Positions 1-11,566 of a stretch of DNA of 64,000 bases are shown in pieces (the stretch's first letter is position 1; every line of letters begins with the position of its first letter). The notes beneath the pieces were generated by a model, which saw nothing but the letters and a program-made list of their open reading frames with translations, had not been told where the DNA came from and did no database searches. This DNA is from Octopus sinensis (taxonomy: Eukaryota), in contig NC_043003.1 in assembly GCF_006345805.1 (NCBI RefSeq), forward strand, positions 93,558,001 to 93,622,000. Direction: 5' to 3'. A program made the position numbers and the translations under genes.

Positions 1-119
1 CCTTGTCAAATACTGTGTCATTCTGATTTTGTATGAGAATTACTTTCAAGATATATGTGTATGTAGAATGCTCAAACATACAAGTTAATTCTGGAGCTGG
101 CTATTCACTTGGTGAGAAT

Positions 120-490
120 TCTCTTTTCGGTGTATCGATGGAGGCATACGACGGGGCTGAGATATGTGTGCTCATAAGAGCTTATATTTTGCACAATCTA
201 AAGCTAGAATTCCCATTTATATATATTTCTTTACTGCCCACAAGGGGCTAAACAAAGAGGGGACAAACAAGGACAGACAAAGGGATTAAGTAGATTACAT
301 CAATCCCAGTGCATAACTGGTACTTAATTTATCGACCCCGAAAGGATGAAAGACAAAGTCGACCTCGGCGTAATTTGAACTCAGAACGTAACGACAGAGG
401 CAGGATTATATAGGGATGACGTCCTTATAGTCACCCATAATTTAAACAGTCATTAATTAGATAAGCTTCGGAAGGATTTACTTCCAGTTT
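120..490 (+). mobile_element. Penelope-like (PLE) reverse transcriptase fragment, split by a SINE insertion at ~224-398
   Basis: FGVSMEAYDGAEICVLIRAYIL (cf. the PLE RT motif MG-YDGAE-CELVG-YIL) precedes the SINE. GGA TTA TAT AGG GAT GAC = GLYRDD follows it at 403-420, then ...LDKLRKDL. Confidence 0.7.
224..398 (-). mobile_element. SINE family B (Meta-domain-like), 5'-truncated
   Basis: Reverse complement of the family seen at 34451-34681 (GAGTTCAAAT..GAGGTCGACTTTG.CTTTCATCCTTTCGGGGTCGATAAATTAAGTACCAG). Confidence 0.85.
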
Positions 491-754
491 CAGAAGCAGA
501 TGTTCCCTTCCTTACTTATTTTGAAATATTTATATAGACAAGGAAGCTGACCGCCACAACAGTACATGAATTTTGTTCTCTGAACCAAGCAAATATATCA
601 GCAGCAATATTGTTCGGTGCAATTCAATATCTCTGATCAAGCATGCCTATGCATTGTAGTTGTGACTGTCTTATAATTTCAGGAGCATCTAGTACTCTAT
701 TATCCAATGTATCTTTCTTTTATACGATAAGAATATAATTTTTGAGTGAGTTAG

Positions 755-1241
755 TTGTTATTGGACAAAGTTTTTGAGGCACATGACTGGGAGCATGTCA
801 TTGGCGTGTACACCAACGGCGCTCCGGCGATGCTTGGTTGCCGCTCCGGTTTTCAGATTTTGGTGAAAGAAAAGTCCTCAGTTTCTTTCTGCCAAATGGT
901 TGTAAATGGGTTTTACGCAGTTGTTAATACAGAATGCTCGGGATATTTTCGGACTGCTTTCGTTTCTTATTTGTTTTATAACCAATTGATCAATTGATTC
1001 CCCATATTTTCATGTGTATTTATTGTACGCTAATGGACTATTGCGTGGATTAAGTTTGGATTTTCGGGGTTGCAGGTTTATGGGCAGTGCAGTTCATAGT
1101 CCGGGAAATATGGTACAGGAATGTATGTAATTTTTTCCATATTAATTATCCTGCATTTTATAGGGGACCGTGAATAATCGAAGAAAAAAAACTATAAGGA
1201 AACCGGCACATTAAAATTTTTGTAAAGTTTGAGAACCACTG
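755..1241 (+). mobile_element. hAT (Buster/Charlie-like) transposon relic with a nested pogo-like fragment
   Basis: VIGVYTNGAPAMLGCRSGFQILVK at ~795-870 resembles the hAT transposase motif C/T-DGAPAM-G--SGF. A hAT-type terminus GTTTGAGAACCACTG ends at 1241. Confidence 0.7.
885..1116 (-). mobile_element. pogo-like DNA transposon terminal fragment
   Basis: Minus strand starts TACCATATTTCCCGGACTAT, similar to pogo-type TIRs (TA-CCGTATTTNCCGGACTAT) and to the MITE at 6021. Only one end was seen. Confidence 0.45.
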
Positions 1242-1855
1242 ATAGAGGTATTTTGTCGTTGGTTCATCAAGCTTTTTGTCATTACATTTGATATTTGTTT
1301 GGAATTCTCCACCAATATTCGATATTTTGAAATGCATGGATATTGTCAACGTTACAATTTATTATCTCCTGAACTGGCATAATATGCTATTATATTTTAA
1401 TACGCATTTTGTCATGTCATATAATAGAAAAATTCATTGTTGACATTTGGAAGTACTCTGCAGATCACATTTATGATGTTATCCACATGTATGACTTAGT
1501 CAACCTTTCGTTCAACGACACTTTTCTCATTGTTTTGTCCAACAGAAATTTTGTAACTATCTCTTGCTCTTCCATTACAAAAGCATAACTTCTCAATTGT
1601 CAACTGATGTAACGGTATTGTATTCACCGGAGGCATATTCTCCGAGAATTTATCTTCTAATTCATCTGTTAACGCAAATTTATCCATCTGGGAACGCTTA
1701 TTTTGACTCGGAAAAAAATGCTATTGTCTTTCCTCTTGAACTCTTGGTTGGTGGAGATATCGTACAACGTCTAACTTACTGTTTCTACCGATCTATAATT
1801 TCTTTCTCTGTCTTTTCTTTTGAGATAAAAGCTGTTAATATTATTATTTATATGT

Positions 1856-2066
1856 AAGGCGGTAAGCTGGCTGAATTGTTGTCACACCGGGCTGAATGCT
1901 TAGCGGCATTTCGTCCGTCCCTAATTCTGAGTTCAAATTCTGCCAAAGTCGACTTTGCCTTCGGAGTATCGATAAAATAAGTACCAGTTGTGCACTGGGG
2001 TAGATGTAATCAACTTACCCCCTCCCCTAAAATTGCTGGTCTTGTGCCAAATTTTGAAACCAATAT
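1856..2066 (+). mobile_element. SINE family B (short-tail form)
   Basis: AAGGCGGTAAGCTGGCTGAA head, GAGTTCAAAT B-box-like motif, GATAAAATAAGTACCAG core. Confidence 0.8.
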
Positions 2067-4789
2067 TTCTATTTATGTGGAAACTTCTTGTAGAGGCACA
2101 TCCCCTATACTTGAAAAATAAACGGCCCTCACATCTCAGTATTATATCTCAACTAATTTCATTTATTAAATTGCCGGGAAATTCTGCAACACATAGGGGA
2201 ATAAGTATACGGGATACCGTTTATGAGACCGTTCTCACCAACATCTTCTTGATGTCTGCAAGAACATTAGAACATCAAATAATCTATGGTCCAAAATTTC
2301 AAATTCGTCGAGACACTCTATTGTCTGCCACTGCGTATCTTCTCATATTCGTGTACGTAAGGAAAAAAAGTCATATCATTTCACTTAGCAATGGCTTCTC
2401 CAGCAGACTTCAACAGATTTGATTTTATTCTAAATTCCTCTTCACCTTTCCTGACCTTCATTATTTAGCCTCCATTTTTATATTCACTTGCGTTCTTGAC
2501 GATGTGTACATATATACGTATCCACACATCCACAAATATACATATTCTCCGCCCTACATAGATGCATTGTCCTTCTTGTTTTCAAAAATGTATGTGACAG
2601 TGAACCTGAAGAAAATTAATACTCTCTCTTTTGCGGCACATCAGGAAAAAAACTATGCAGCTTAAGATTCCATGTTGCAGTAGAATTTGTCAAACCATAT
2701 CTGGTGGTGCAACGAGAGAGTCTAAATTCTGCTCTTTCTATACTATTGAAAAATTCGTGATATCGACTTCCTGAATTCTAGGTGTTAGTTAATCTCGTAA
2801 TGTCGTCACTATAACAAGTTGCGAAAATTTACTCTATCTACAGGCTGAATATATTGTATTTTCTCGAGTGGAATGGCTTTGAAATCGTCTAATATTTCTG
2901 GAAGTTCCTAGACCATCTGCAAATATCATGTCCTTTGCATATCCTATCCATCCTGATCTGTAGTTTGTGTTGTTGAACGTTTCTTCTCAGGAGATTGAAA
3001 ACTATCAATAAAATGTCACCTTTTCCCTCATTATTTGAATAATTGAATTTGATTATTGAATCTTGAACTACTTTTTACTTTATGACATTTTATTTATTTA
3101 ATGATACCTCAGCTTAGCCATAGCCTCTGGCTGAGGCAACAAGAAATGATTTAATCATTATGTTATATTTTATCTTATATATCAAAACACCAATTTTTTT
3201 TTGTATTTATTTAAGTATCGGTCATCTTTAACTGTAGTGTCACAATATGGCGCTTTCCACTTAACCATTTCTTTTATTTCTTCCTTTTCTGAATTTTACT
3301 ATAACTTTCTTTTTCTCTCCTTTCCCTTAAACTTCAATGCTTCGAAATCTAGAATACTTCCACCTTTTCCTATTCACTGTTTCTTTCTCTCGGGACGTTC
3401 TGTCACTTATTCAATCATAAACATTACATTTTCTTAGGGCTTTCTTCTCTTTTTTTCTTTGCTTCCACGCGGGATAAGAATAGGTGTCTGGCAAAGGGGA
3501 AGGTCATTTATATAATCATAAGCAATTCTATTTCTTATTTACTTTCTCACTCCTTTCGGAGATACACCCTTTACCCCATAACGCTACCACAACTAATTGT
3601 ATCGACTATTCTTGTAGTTCGATGAATAAATTTCCCTTTCTTTCTTTTTTATATTCTTCCTTTCTTTATCCCCTTTCTATCATACTTCTCTTTAGATTTG
3701 TTCATTCTTTTCTTTCTCTTCTTTTATGTTTCTCTATTTCCTCTATTTCTCTAAGGTGAAATTTCTGTATACCTCATTGTCTTACACTTTTCTTTTTACT
3801 TCGACACTCATATTTCTATCTATATTCCTCGTCAACTGTTAAATGTTTTAAATGCTTAATCTTAAAACTTGGAATTTCAGTATATATAAACTCCTTCTCA
3901 ATTAAATATTTATCACCTTTATAAGCTATTTTTTTTTATTATTGCATCTTTAGTTATATCGAAAAACGGCTACTCGGTTTAAAGATGGTGTAAAACATCA
4001 CTTTTACTGTCATTATATATACACATCACTTTTGCTGTTATTATATATACACGCATGTATTTTCTTTATTTTTTTATGTGTGTATGTTTCCCATCTTATG
4101 TGTTACACAGTACACTCCTTACTCTATTGCTGCCATTTGACGCTTCCTCATCTTTGAATATTTAGTCTGTATAACTCATTACTGCCCTTCCCTTCCCTTA
4201 GCTTTCTCACTCTGGTCATTGACCGCCTATTCATACCCTTTTCGTTTGGTTATTCGTCTTTTCCTTGCTCTTTTCTTTCATTTCTATCTATCCTTTTTGC
4301 AATTCTTCGCACCTTAGTGTTACACAAAATATTGAGCTTTTTCTCTGCCTTGGAGAAAGATTTTGCTCGAAGCGTCATCATTAATGCCTTCCTTCCTCCT
4401 CATCAACGCATCCGAAATTATTCTAATTTGTGAATTTTATCGCATGATGCCTTTCAACCGAAATCCTCTTTTACACTCTAAAAAGCTTTATGATCTTCCT
4501 GAGAAAGGGTTACTTTCACTAAGAAGTTATCTCTTAATCTCCAATAGAAAGGGCTTAGTAGTAAGGGTGTTGATCTCACCATCTCGTCATCACGATTTCG
4601 ATTTAAGGACCGGGCGATGCGTTGTGTTCTTCAGCAAAAAGCTTTATTTCACGTTGCTCTGCAATCACTTCAACGTCGTACAACTTGTAGATTACAAACA
4701 AATTTGTAATTAATGCTGGCCTGTAAAATTTGTGGAGATGTACTTGCATAGCAAGTGATTTGATCTGTGATCATGTGCTGAAACGAAAA

Positions 4790-5125
4790 CAATTGCAGCG
4801 TGGAAGGTGTTTGTAAGCCATTTAAGAAACACACAAAAACCGTTCGGTTCACTTCAACATTTAAGTTTAATTTGTCAAAATATTTTCGTCGCTTTAAGAC
4901 CGCGACCTTTTCACTGACAAAAATCCGTTCTGCATCTGAGAAAGTAACAGTTAGAACGAACTAACTGTTACTTTCTCAGATGCAGAACGGATTTTTGTCA
5001 GTGAAAAGGTCGCGGTCTTAAAGCGACGAAAATATTTTGACAAATTAAACTTAAATGTTGAAGTGAACCGAACGGTTTTTGTGTGTTTCTTAAATGGCTT
5101 ACAAACACCTTCCACGCTGCAATTG
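4790..5125. repeat. Perfect palindrome with 165-bp arms and a 6-nt spacer, at a Penelope-like 3' terminus
   Basis: 4790-4954 is the reverse complement of 4961-5125, with spacer AACGAA at 4955-4960. No mismatch was seen by eye. Confidence 0.95.
4994..5044 (+). ncRNA. Hammerhead-ribozyme-like fold with an altered core (mirror copy 4871-4921 on -)
   Basis: TTTGTCA [GTGAAAA] G GTCGC-loop-GCGAC GAAA ATAT T T TGACAAA. Stems I and II and a palindromic stem III are present, but the core reads GUGAAAA instead of CUGANGA. Confidence 0.4.
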
Positions 5126-5179
5126 CAAAATTTGTTTTTTTTCAGTGACGCAATCTTTCACGCAACGTCTCGAATTCAC

Positions 5180-5330
5180 ACTTTTAAGTTTTGGGTTGGA
5201 TAATTTCTTTATTTCGAACACTCCAAATATCTTCTGTGTTGTTTCAGAGTGATGGCAGCTGATGAGTGATGTAAGAGAACATGTCTCCAGTGGATCTGAC
5301 TCGGTCGTAGTCAAATTAGGGGTCACTGGG
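5180..5330 (-). mobile_element. Possible PLE GIY-YIG endonuclease C-terminal remnant
   Basis: CHHSETTQKIFGVFEIKKLSNPKL resembles the RKI-E---IK---P-LN end of PLE endonucleases, and it lies next to the palindromic terminus. Confidence 0.35.
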
Positions 5331-5370
5331 AGGAGATAAGATAGAGAGACGGGGGAGAAAGCGCGCGCGC

Positions 5371-5431
<61 letters not shown>

Positions 5432-5432
<1 letters not shown>

Positions 5433-5605
5433 AATGTCAGAAATGAGAGAAAAGAGGCGATAGTTGGCTGAATCAGAGGGCGTTACCTTTCTCTGGAATG
5501 GGACAATGTAAGACGTGCTTCAAAATGTCAGGTTATATCCCCGTAGATAGCGATAGATTAAAGAGCGTCGTAAGTATAGGCACAGCGTCTGGTATGCATA
5601 ACTTA
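5432..5605 (-). mobile_element. CR1/Jockey-group LINE reverse transcriptase fragment (pseudogenised)
   Basis: VPILTTLFNLSLSTGI*PDILKHVLHCPIPEKG, then after a frameshift DSANYRLFSLIS (cf. LFN-SL--G--P--WK-A---PIPKKG---NYRPISL). Confidence 0.65.
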
Positions 5606-5828
5606 TATACAATAGTCGTTACTGCATGTTTTTATATAGTCCATAACATTCAATTTGGGATTATATTTTTCTCTTTTTCTTTTACTCTCTTCAATGATAA
5701 TTGAGAGATTTGAAAATATTTTTTCTATTTCGGGACGGTCATTGTTTTTTTACTTTCGCAAATAAACACACGCACTATATACTCGTTCTTCACTTCAGCT
5801 TTATTGTTATTCTTATTTTCCTATCCTT

Positions 5829-5872
5829 TGTCTGAAATCTTTCGTCACACATCCTGTGACCTCTTCAGCGAC
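5829..5872 (-). ncRNA. Minimal type I hammerhead ribozyme motif in a PLE terminal repeat
   Basis: GTCG CTGAAGA G GTCACA-ggatg-TGTGAC GAAA GATT TC AGAC. Canonical core, 6-bp stem II and an NUC cleavage triplet; one mismatch at the base of stem I. Confidence 0.6.
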
Positions 5873-6020
5873 TCTCCCTTCCACGTGTGAGGAGACAAAG
5901 GACACTAAAATAAGAACAATAATAAAACCGAAGTGAGGAAGAAGTATAAAGTGCAGGTATTTATTTGACAAAAGACCGTCCTTAGGAATTTTGCTAAACA
6001 AATTCATAAACGTGAAAATA

Positions 6021-6499
6021 CCGTAAATCCTCGAGTATAGTCCGCCCTTGAGTATAATACGCAGGGGATTCTTAAGGGGCTGTACCACTGAAAAACCTAA
6101 ACCTTGTGTATAATACGCACCCCTTCTCTAACTTAAGTCGAACAAACACTTCCGCGCATGCGTAATACAATAATGGTAATGTTCTTAACTGTTATATGGG
6201 AATGTAAATATGTTTGCAAATTGTTTTTGTTACATGTTGTTCTGTGTTGTGAATACTTTTATTTTAATAAATGTTGCTTACTGCAAGTTATGGATGATTC
6301 TTTTATGGCTTCATTGCTTAAGGTATTTTTGCGCCCAACATCACAAAATGCGTCTGAATAAACATTGCCGGACAGCAAAGAGAAACTCAGACGTTGCTTA
6401 GAAAATATTTTTCATTGTTAATCTCGTATATAGTTCGCACTAGGGATTTTGACCTGTAAATTTTGGGAAAAAATGCGGATTATACTCGAGGATTTACGG
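6021..6499. mobile_element. Non-autonomous pogo/Tc1-mariner-superfamily MITE
   Basis: TIRs CCGTAAATCCTCGAGTATA(G)TCCGC and GCGGA(T)TATACTCGAGGATTTACGG, with TA on both sides (6019-6020, 6500-6501). Confidence 0.9.
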
Positions 6500-6581
6500 T
6501 ATTCTCTTCTGTTTTTATAGATTGTACTAAGCTGTATCTATACTGCAATCAACATTCTTATCTGTTAAATATAGAGATATA

Positions 6582-6804
6582 CTCTCTCTTTTACTCTTTT
6601 ACTTGTTTCAGTCATTTGACTGCGGCCATGCTGGAGCACCGCCTTTAATCGAGCAACTCGACCCCGGGACTTATTCTTTTGTAAGCCCAGTACTTATTCT
6701 ATCGGTATCTTTTGCCGAACCGCCAGATAACGGGGGCATAAACACACCAGCATCGGTTGTCAAGCAATGCTAAGGGGACAAACACAGACACACAAACACA
6801 CACA

Positions 6805-6868
<64 letters not shown>

Positions 6869-7033
6869 TATGACAGGCTTCTTTCAGTTTCCGTCTACTA
6901 AATCCACTCACAAGGCTTTGGTCGGCCCGAGGCTATAGTAGAAGACACTTGCCCAAGGTGCCACGCAGTGGGACTGAACCCAGAACCATGAGGTTGGTAA
7001 ACAAGCTACTTACCACACAGCCACTCCTGCGCC
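6582..7033 (-). mobile_element. SINE family A (tRNA-derived head, CORE-like CCTTGGGCAAGTG segment, internal (TA)n), full length
   Basis: A-box TGGCTGTGTGG and B-box-like GGTTCAGTCC on the minus strand. Highly similar to 30405-30873 and 31982-32580. Confidence 0.9.
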
Positions 7034-7160
7034 TGTACGTTAGTGGTGTTACTCTTTTTACAGTCGCCGTAGTTGTTGGTGGTGACGATGGCTGTACTGG
7101 TACAGGTGGCGGCGACGAAATCATCGTAGGTATATATTTGTACGTATGACTGTACATATT

Positions 7161-7406
7161 TTCTTTTGCTTGTTTCATGCTGAGGCACAGCCTTGAATGA
7201 TTTTAGTCGAACAAATCGATCACAGTATTTATTTATATTTTAAACCTGGTGCTTATTCTATAGGCTTCTTTTTGCCAAAACTGCTAAGTTACAGGGACGT
7301 AAACACACCAACATCGATTATCAAACAGTGGTGGAGAACAAACACAAACGTGAGTGCGCGCGCGTACACTCACACACACGCACGCACGCACACACACACA
7401 CACACA

Positions 7407-7445
<39 letters not shown>

Positions 7446-7614
7446 TGCAACGTGCTTTCTTCAGCTTCTATTTATCAAATCCACTCACAAGGCTTTGGTC
7501 GGCCCGAAGCTATAGTAGAAGACACGTAATTGCCTAAGGTGCTCCACAGTGGTACTGAACCCAAGACCACATAGCTGGGAGGCAAAATTTTTACCACACA
7601 GCCACGCTTGCGTC
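7161..7614 (-). mobile_element. SINE family A, diverged copy with internal (CA)n
   Basis: Same head, body and tail segments as 6582-7033. Confidence 0.8.
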
Positions 7615-7682
7615 TATAGATACGTTTGTCGCATTTGTTTATCTTTGGACGTTGCAGCATATGCAATGTGGATATATACAGA

Positions 7683-8003
7683 TGGCACTGACACTCGGTT
7701 GTTTACGAAAACAAGAGTTCCAGTTGATCCGATCAACGGAACAACCTGCTCGTGAAATTAACGTGCAAGTGGCTGAGTACTTCGCAGACACGTGTACCCT
7801 TAGCGTAGTTCTCAGGAAGATTCAGCATGACACAGAATGTGACATGGTTGAGACTTTTATATACAGATGCTACTCATTTTTGCCAGCTGAGTGGACTGGA
7901 GCAAAGTGAAATAAAGTGTCTGGCTCAAGGACACCGCGCCGCCAGGAATCGAACTTGCGACCTTATAATCGTGAGTGTATACCCTTACCCACTAAGCCAC
8001 GCG
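7683..8003 (-). mobile_element. SINE family D (tRNA-derived)
   Basis: Head GCGTGGCTTAGTGG...GTTCGATTCC and tail GTTCCGTTGATCGGATCAACTGG. Other copies at 24572-24881 and 56850-57172. Confidence 0.85.
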
Positions 8004-8157
8004 TCTTTAAATATATACAAGTATTAATGTGCTTACTCAGATGCATTTTGTAGCCCAACTTTTCCAATAATATGGCTTGTTGCGTTTATATAAGCGCTAG
8101 GTGCATACGTCCGAATATCAAACTATTAATTACGGTCGCCATGTTTAATACATAGAT

Positions 8158-8375
8158 CAGTGATTTCAACCTTTTTGCTGGAGCGGAACCCCAAGAAAAC
8201 ATTTCACTGGCTCGAAGAACCCCTGTGCAATAATTTAATTGTCTTATGCACACATATCTGCACAGGAGAATTAAAAATTACTGTCGATTTTAGCATTTTT
8301 GTAACTTCTTGCGGAACCCCTGGACTGTACTGGCGGAACCCTAAGGTTCCGCGGAACCCTAGTTGAAAACCACTG
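8158..8375. mobile_element. hAT (Charlie/Buster-type) MITE
   Basis: Ends CAGTGATTTCAAC...GTTGAAAACCACTG. The 8-bp TSD ACATAGAT (central TA) is at 8150-8157 and 8376-8383. Confidence 0.9.
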
Positions 8376-8498
8376 ACATAGATGATAAAGTATAGTATAT
8401 AATATACAGGTGATAAGTATTTGTCACCTGAATAAGCCTGTAATTTATATCATATACCGAAAAAGTGAAATTCGAAACAGATTAATTGCACTATAAAG

Positions 8499-8845
8499 GT
8501 ATGTATGTATGTATGTATGTATGTATGTATGTATGTATGTATGTATGTATGCATGCATGCATGTATGTATGTATGTATGTATGTATGTATGTATGTATGT
8601 ATGTATTATGTACGTATGTATGTATGTATGTATTATGTACGTATGTATGTATATAATGACAAATGACAGTGAGTGTATATATACATTTATTTTAAGAGCT
8701 CATTATGGGGCTTTTACCCAAATTAAACTAAACGGATTTGTATGTATGTATGTATGTATGTATGTAGTATGTATGTATGTAAAGTATGTATGTATGTATG
8801 TGCATGCGTTCGTGTGTGCGTATGTGCGTGTGAGTGTATGTATGC

Positions 8846-8877
<32 letters not shown>

Positions 8878-9095
8878 GTGTGTGTGTATGTGCATGCGTG
8901 TGTGTGTGAGTGTATGTGTGTGCATGTGTGTGTGAGTGTATGTATATATGCATGTATGTATGTGTGTGTATGTATGTGTGTGTATGTATGTATGTATGTG
9001 CATGCCTGTGTGTGTGAGTGTATGTAGGCAGGTATGTATGTTTTTATGTATGTATGTGTCAGTCCATGTGTGTGTGTGTGTGTGTGTGTATGCAT
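8499..9095. repeat. Compound (TATG)n/(TG)n microsatellite region
   Basis: Direct reading of the sequence. Confidence 0.95.
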
Positions 9096-9300
9096 GTTTA
9101 CGCGTGTAGCGGGATGTAAGATTCGAACCCTTTCTTTTTTAATAAACCACCAGTTCGCTATACTGAGTAGACCACGGGGCTCGTGGTACTTGTTGCACCG
9201 GACTAATACAAGTTTGAAGGGTGAGAGAATAGGACTGGCTGCAGAAGCTATGCACACTGCAATGATATTCGTCGCACCCAGGTTGTTCAGCAAACGAAGA

Positions 9301-9500
9301 CACCACCACCATCACCACCACCACCACCACCACAACCACTACCACCACCACCACCACCACCACCATCACCACCACCACCACCACCACCACCACTACCACC
9401 ACTACCACCATCACCACCACCACCACCACCACCACCATCACCACCACTACCACCACCACCACCATCACCACCACTACCACCACCACCACCACCACCACCA
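9301..9500. repeat. (CAC)n trinucleotide microsatellite with CAT/TAC interruptions
   Basis: Direct reading of the sequence. Confidence 0.95.
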
Positions 9501-9695
9501 TTACACTTTCTTCATAACTCCTGGTGACACGAAAAAACATTGAATTTTAAAGCACTACGATAAAAATATTTTCCCTTGCTCATAACATTAGAAAGGATTG
9601 AAATAAATGGGAGTGGGCAACGAATAAATTTATGTATGTATGTATGTATGTATGTATGTATGTATGTATGTATGTATGTATGTATGTGATGGATG

Positions 9696-10360
9696 TCATT
9701 TTTATTTCAAGATTTCCTGCCAAAAGAGAAAGAGTCAGTTTCTAACCTAGATTCAAGGCTCCTTCACTGGAATTTCAACAATACCAACAGGGTATGTATG
9801 TATGTATGTATGTATGTATGTATGTATGTATGTATGTACGTATGTACGTACGTACGTACGTACGTACGTACGTATGTATGTATGTTTGTACGTATGTATG
9901 TATGTATGTATGTATGTATACCCACAGATTTGTATGTTTTATTTTACGTATGTATTCTCATGCATATAGTTGCATGTTTTCCGCAGAAACATCACATAGC
10001 CTACACATGCAGTTGCATCTTCAATGATAAACTTCTGGAAAGTTTTACAGGTTTTTACAGTTCCAGTGATGGCTGGATCAGTAGTCTTCGAAACAGCTTT
10101 CTCTTTTCTGGTTTTGAGAAACCTAATTTCTCAAGATTGGTATTTAAGCAGTGTATTACATATTCCTGTGCCCCAATAATTACAGGTATAAACCTGAACT
10201 TGTAATTTGGATAGAGTAGCTGTAGATTCCTCAATAGTTCAACGTAAGTATTTTCTTTTTCGCTGATATTTAGCTTTACGTTAATATCCGCCTGGTAGCT
10301 TATTTCTACAACTGTACATAGTTTCTCTTCTCTATCCCAAATTATTATGCCAGGTCTGTG
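9696..10360 (-). mobile_element. R4/Dong-like (restriction-like endonuclease, RLE) non-LTR retrotransposon, 5'-truncated, copy 1
   Basis: HRPGIIIWDREEKLCTVVEISYQADINVKLNISEKENTYVELLRNLQLLYPNYKFRFIPVIIGA matches the RPD---E------N------EK---Y--L pattern of RLE domains. (TATG)n flanks both sides. Confidence 0.85.
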
Positions 10361-10380
10361 AATGTATGTATGTGTGTATG

Positions 10381-10968
10381 TCTCTTCTATTTTTTAATTA
10401 TCATAAATCTTCTGCTGAAGCGGGAGCCGGTTTCCAACAAAGATACAAGGCCCCATGTTTGGATGTAGTTAACAGACAAATTCATATTTGTAACTTGAGA
10501 AAAGTCTTGCATATTTTTACTGTTTCACTCACAGATTGCATTTGCACTGTACGAATTAGACGGTCGATTTCTGAAAATCCCAGTTTATCCAGATTCTTCT
10601 TTAAGCATTTACTAATAAAAGCTACTGCTCCAATTATTATTGGTATGAATATGAATTCATAGTCAGGATATAGAAGCTGGAGGTTTCGAAGCAGTTATCC
10701 ATGGATATCTTCTTTTCCTTTGATTTTCAATGAGATATTTATATCTGCGGGGCAGCTGATTTCTATGATGGTACATACCTTTGCCGCTCTGTCCCAAACA
10801 ACAAAATCCGGGCTGTTATGTTTACATTTGATAGAAGTTTTGGTGGGAATATTTCACCAATATTCCTTGAATTGGTGTTTATGAATGTATTCCATAACAG
10901 GGATTTTCTAAGTTTATTTCAGGACAGCTACTAATCACATGCGTGATATCTTCCACAGAAACATGACA
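10381..10968 (-). mobile_element. R4/Dong-like RLE retrotransposon, related subfamily, copy 2
   Basis: CHVSVEDITHVISSCP (part of a CCHC knuckle), then KCKHNSPDFVVWDRAAKVCTIIEISCPADINISLKIKGKED...LQLLYPDYEFIFIPIIIGA. Confidence 0.85.
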
Positions 10969-10992
10969 CATATATATATATATATATATATG

Positions 10993-11200
10993 CTTCTGCG
11001 TTTGTATTTGTCCCACCACCATCGCTTGATAACCGACGCTGGTGTGTTTACACCCCCTGACTTACCGGTTCGGATAAAGAGACCAATAGAATGAGTACTA
11101 GGCTTACCACGAATAAGTCCTGGGGTCGATTTGTTCGACTAAAGGCAGTACTCCAGAATGAGCGCAGTCAAACAACTGAAACAAATAAAAGAATAAAAGA
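10993..11200 (+). mobile_element. SINE family A, 3' half
   Basis: Matches the 3' half of 31982-32580. Confidence 0.75.
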
Positions 11201-11566
11201 ATATATATATATATATATATGGCCACAGCTCAAGAGCTGAAACTGGAAAACATAAACATAAATATTCTTTTTCCGGATGAAAATACTTCTTCCGTTGAAG
11301 GTGTTATTCCCAAATTTACCAGGATTTTTAAATCATACTTTATTTAAGGGATTCCTTTCATTTCTGTATGAATATATATAAATAAAAATCACTGGAAGAT
11401 TCAATCTATTAGACGGAGTTTTGATGGTAATATGAATTTCTTTTGCGACAGAAAGAGCTGTCTAATTAAATTTTTAAAATATTTAAATAAATAATGCATA
11501 TAACCATCAAAACCTGTTCCATTTATTTGATGACATTTATTGGACACCGTCTAATAAATTGAATCT

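Noticed and set aside
1496-1832. Possible minus-strand exons or a 63-aa ORF
   Set aside because: Splice-like sites are present but upstream frames contain stops and there is no recognisable motif.
2100-2960. Weak RTE-like peptide remnants (MKVRKG...LLKSAGEAIAK; GYAKDMI)
   Set aside because: Too degenerate, and in the wrong order for a single RT.
9034-9543. 169-aa ORF with a very long polyHis tract
   Set aside because: It is a translation of (TG)n and (CAC)n microsatellites, with no domain or splice support.
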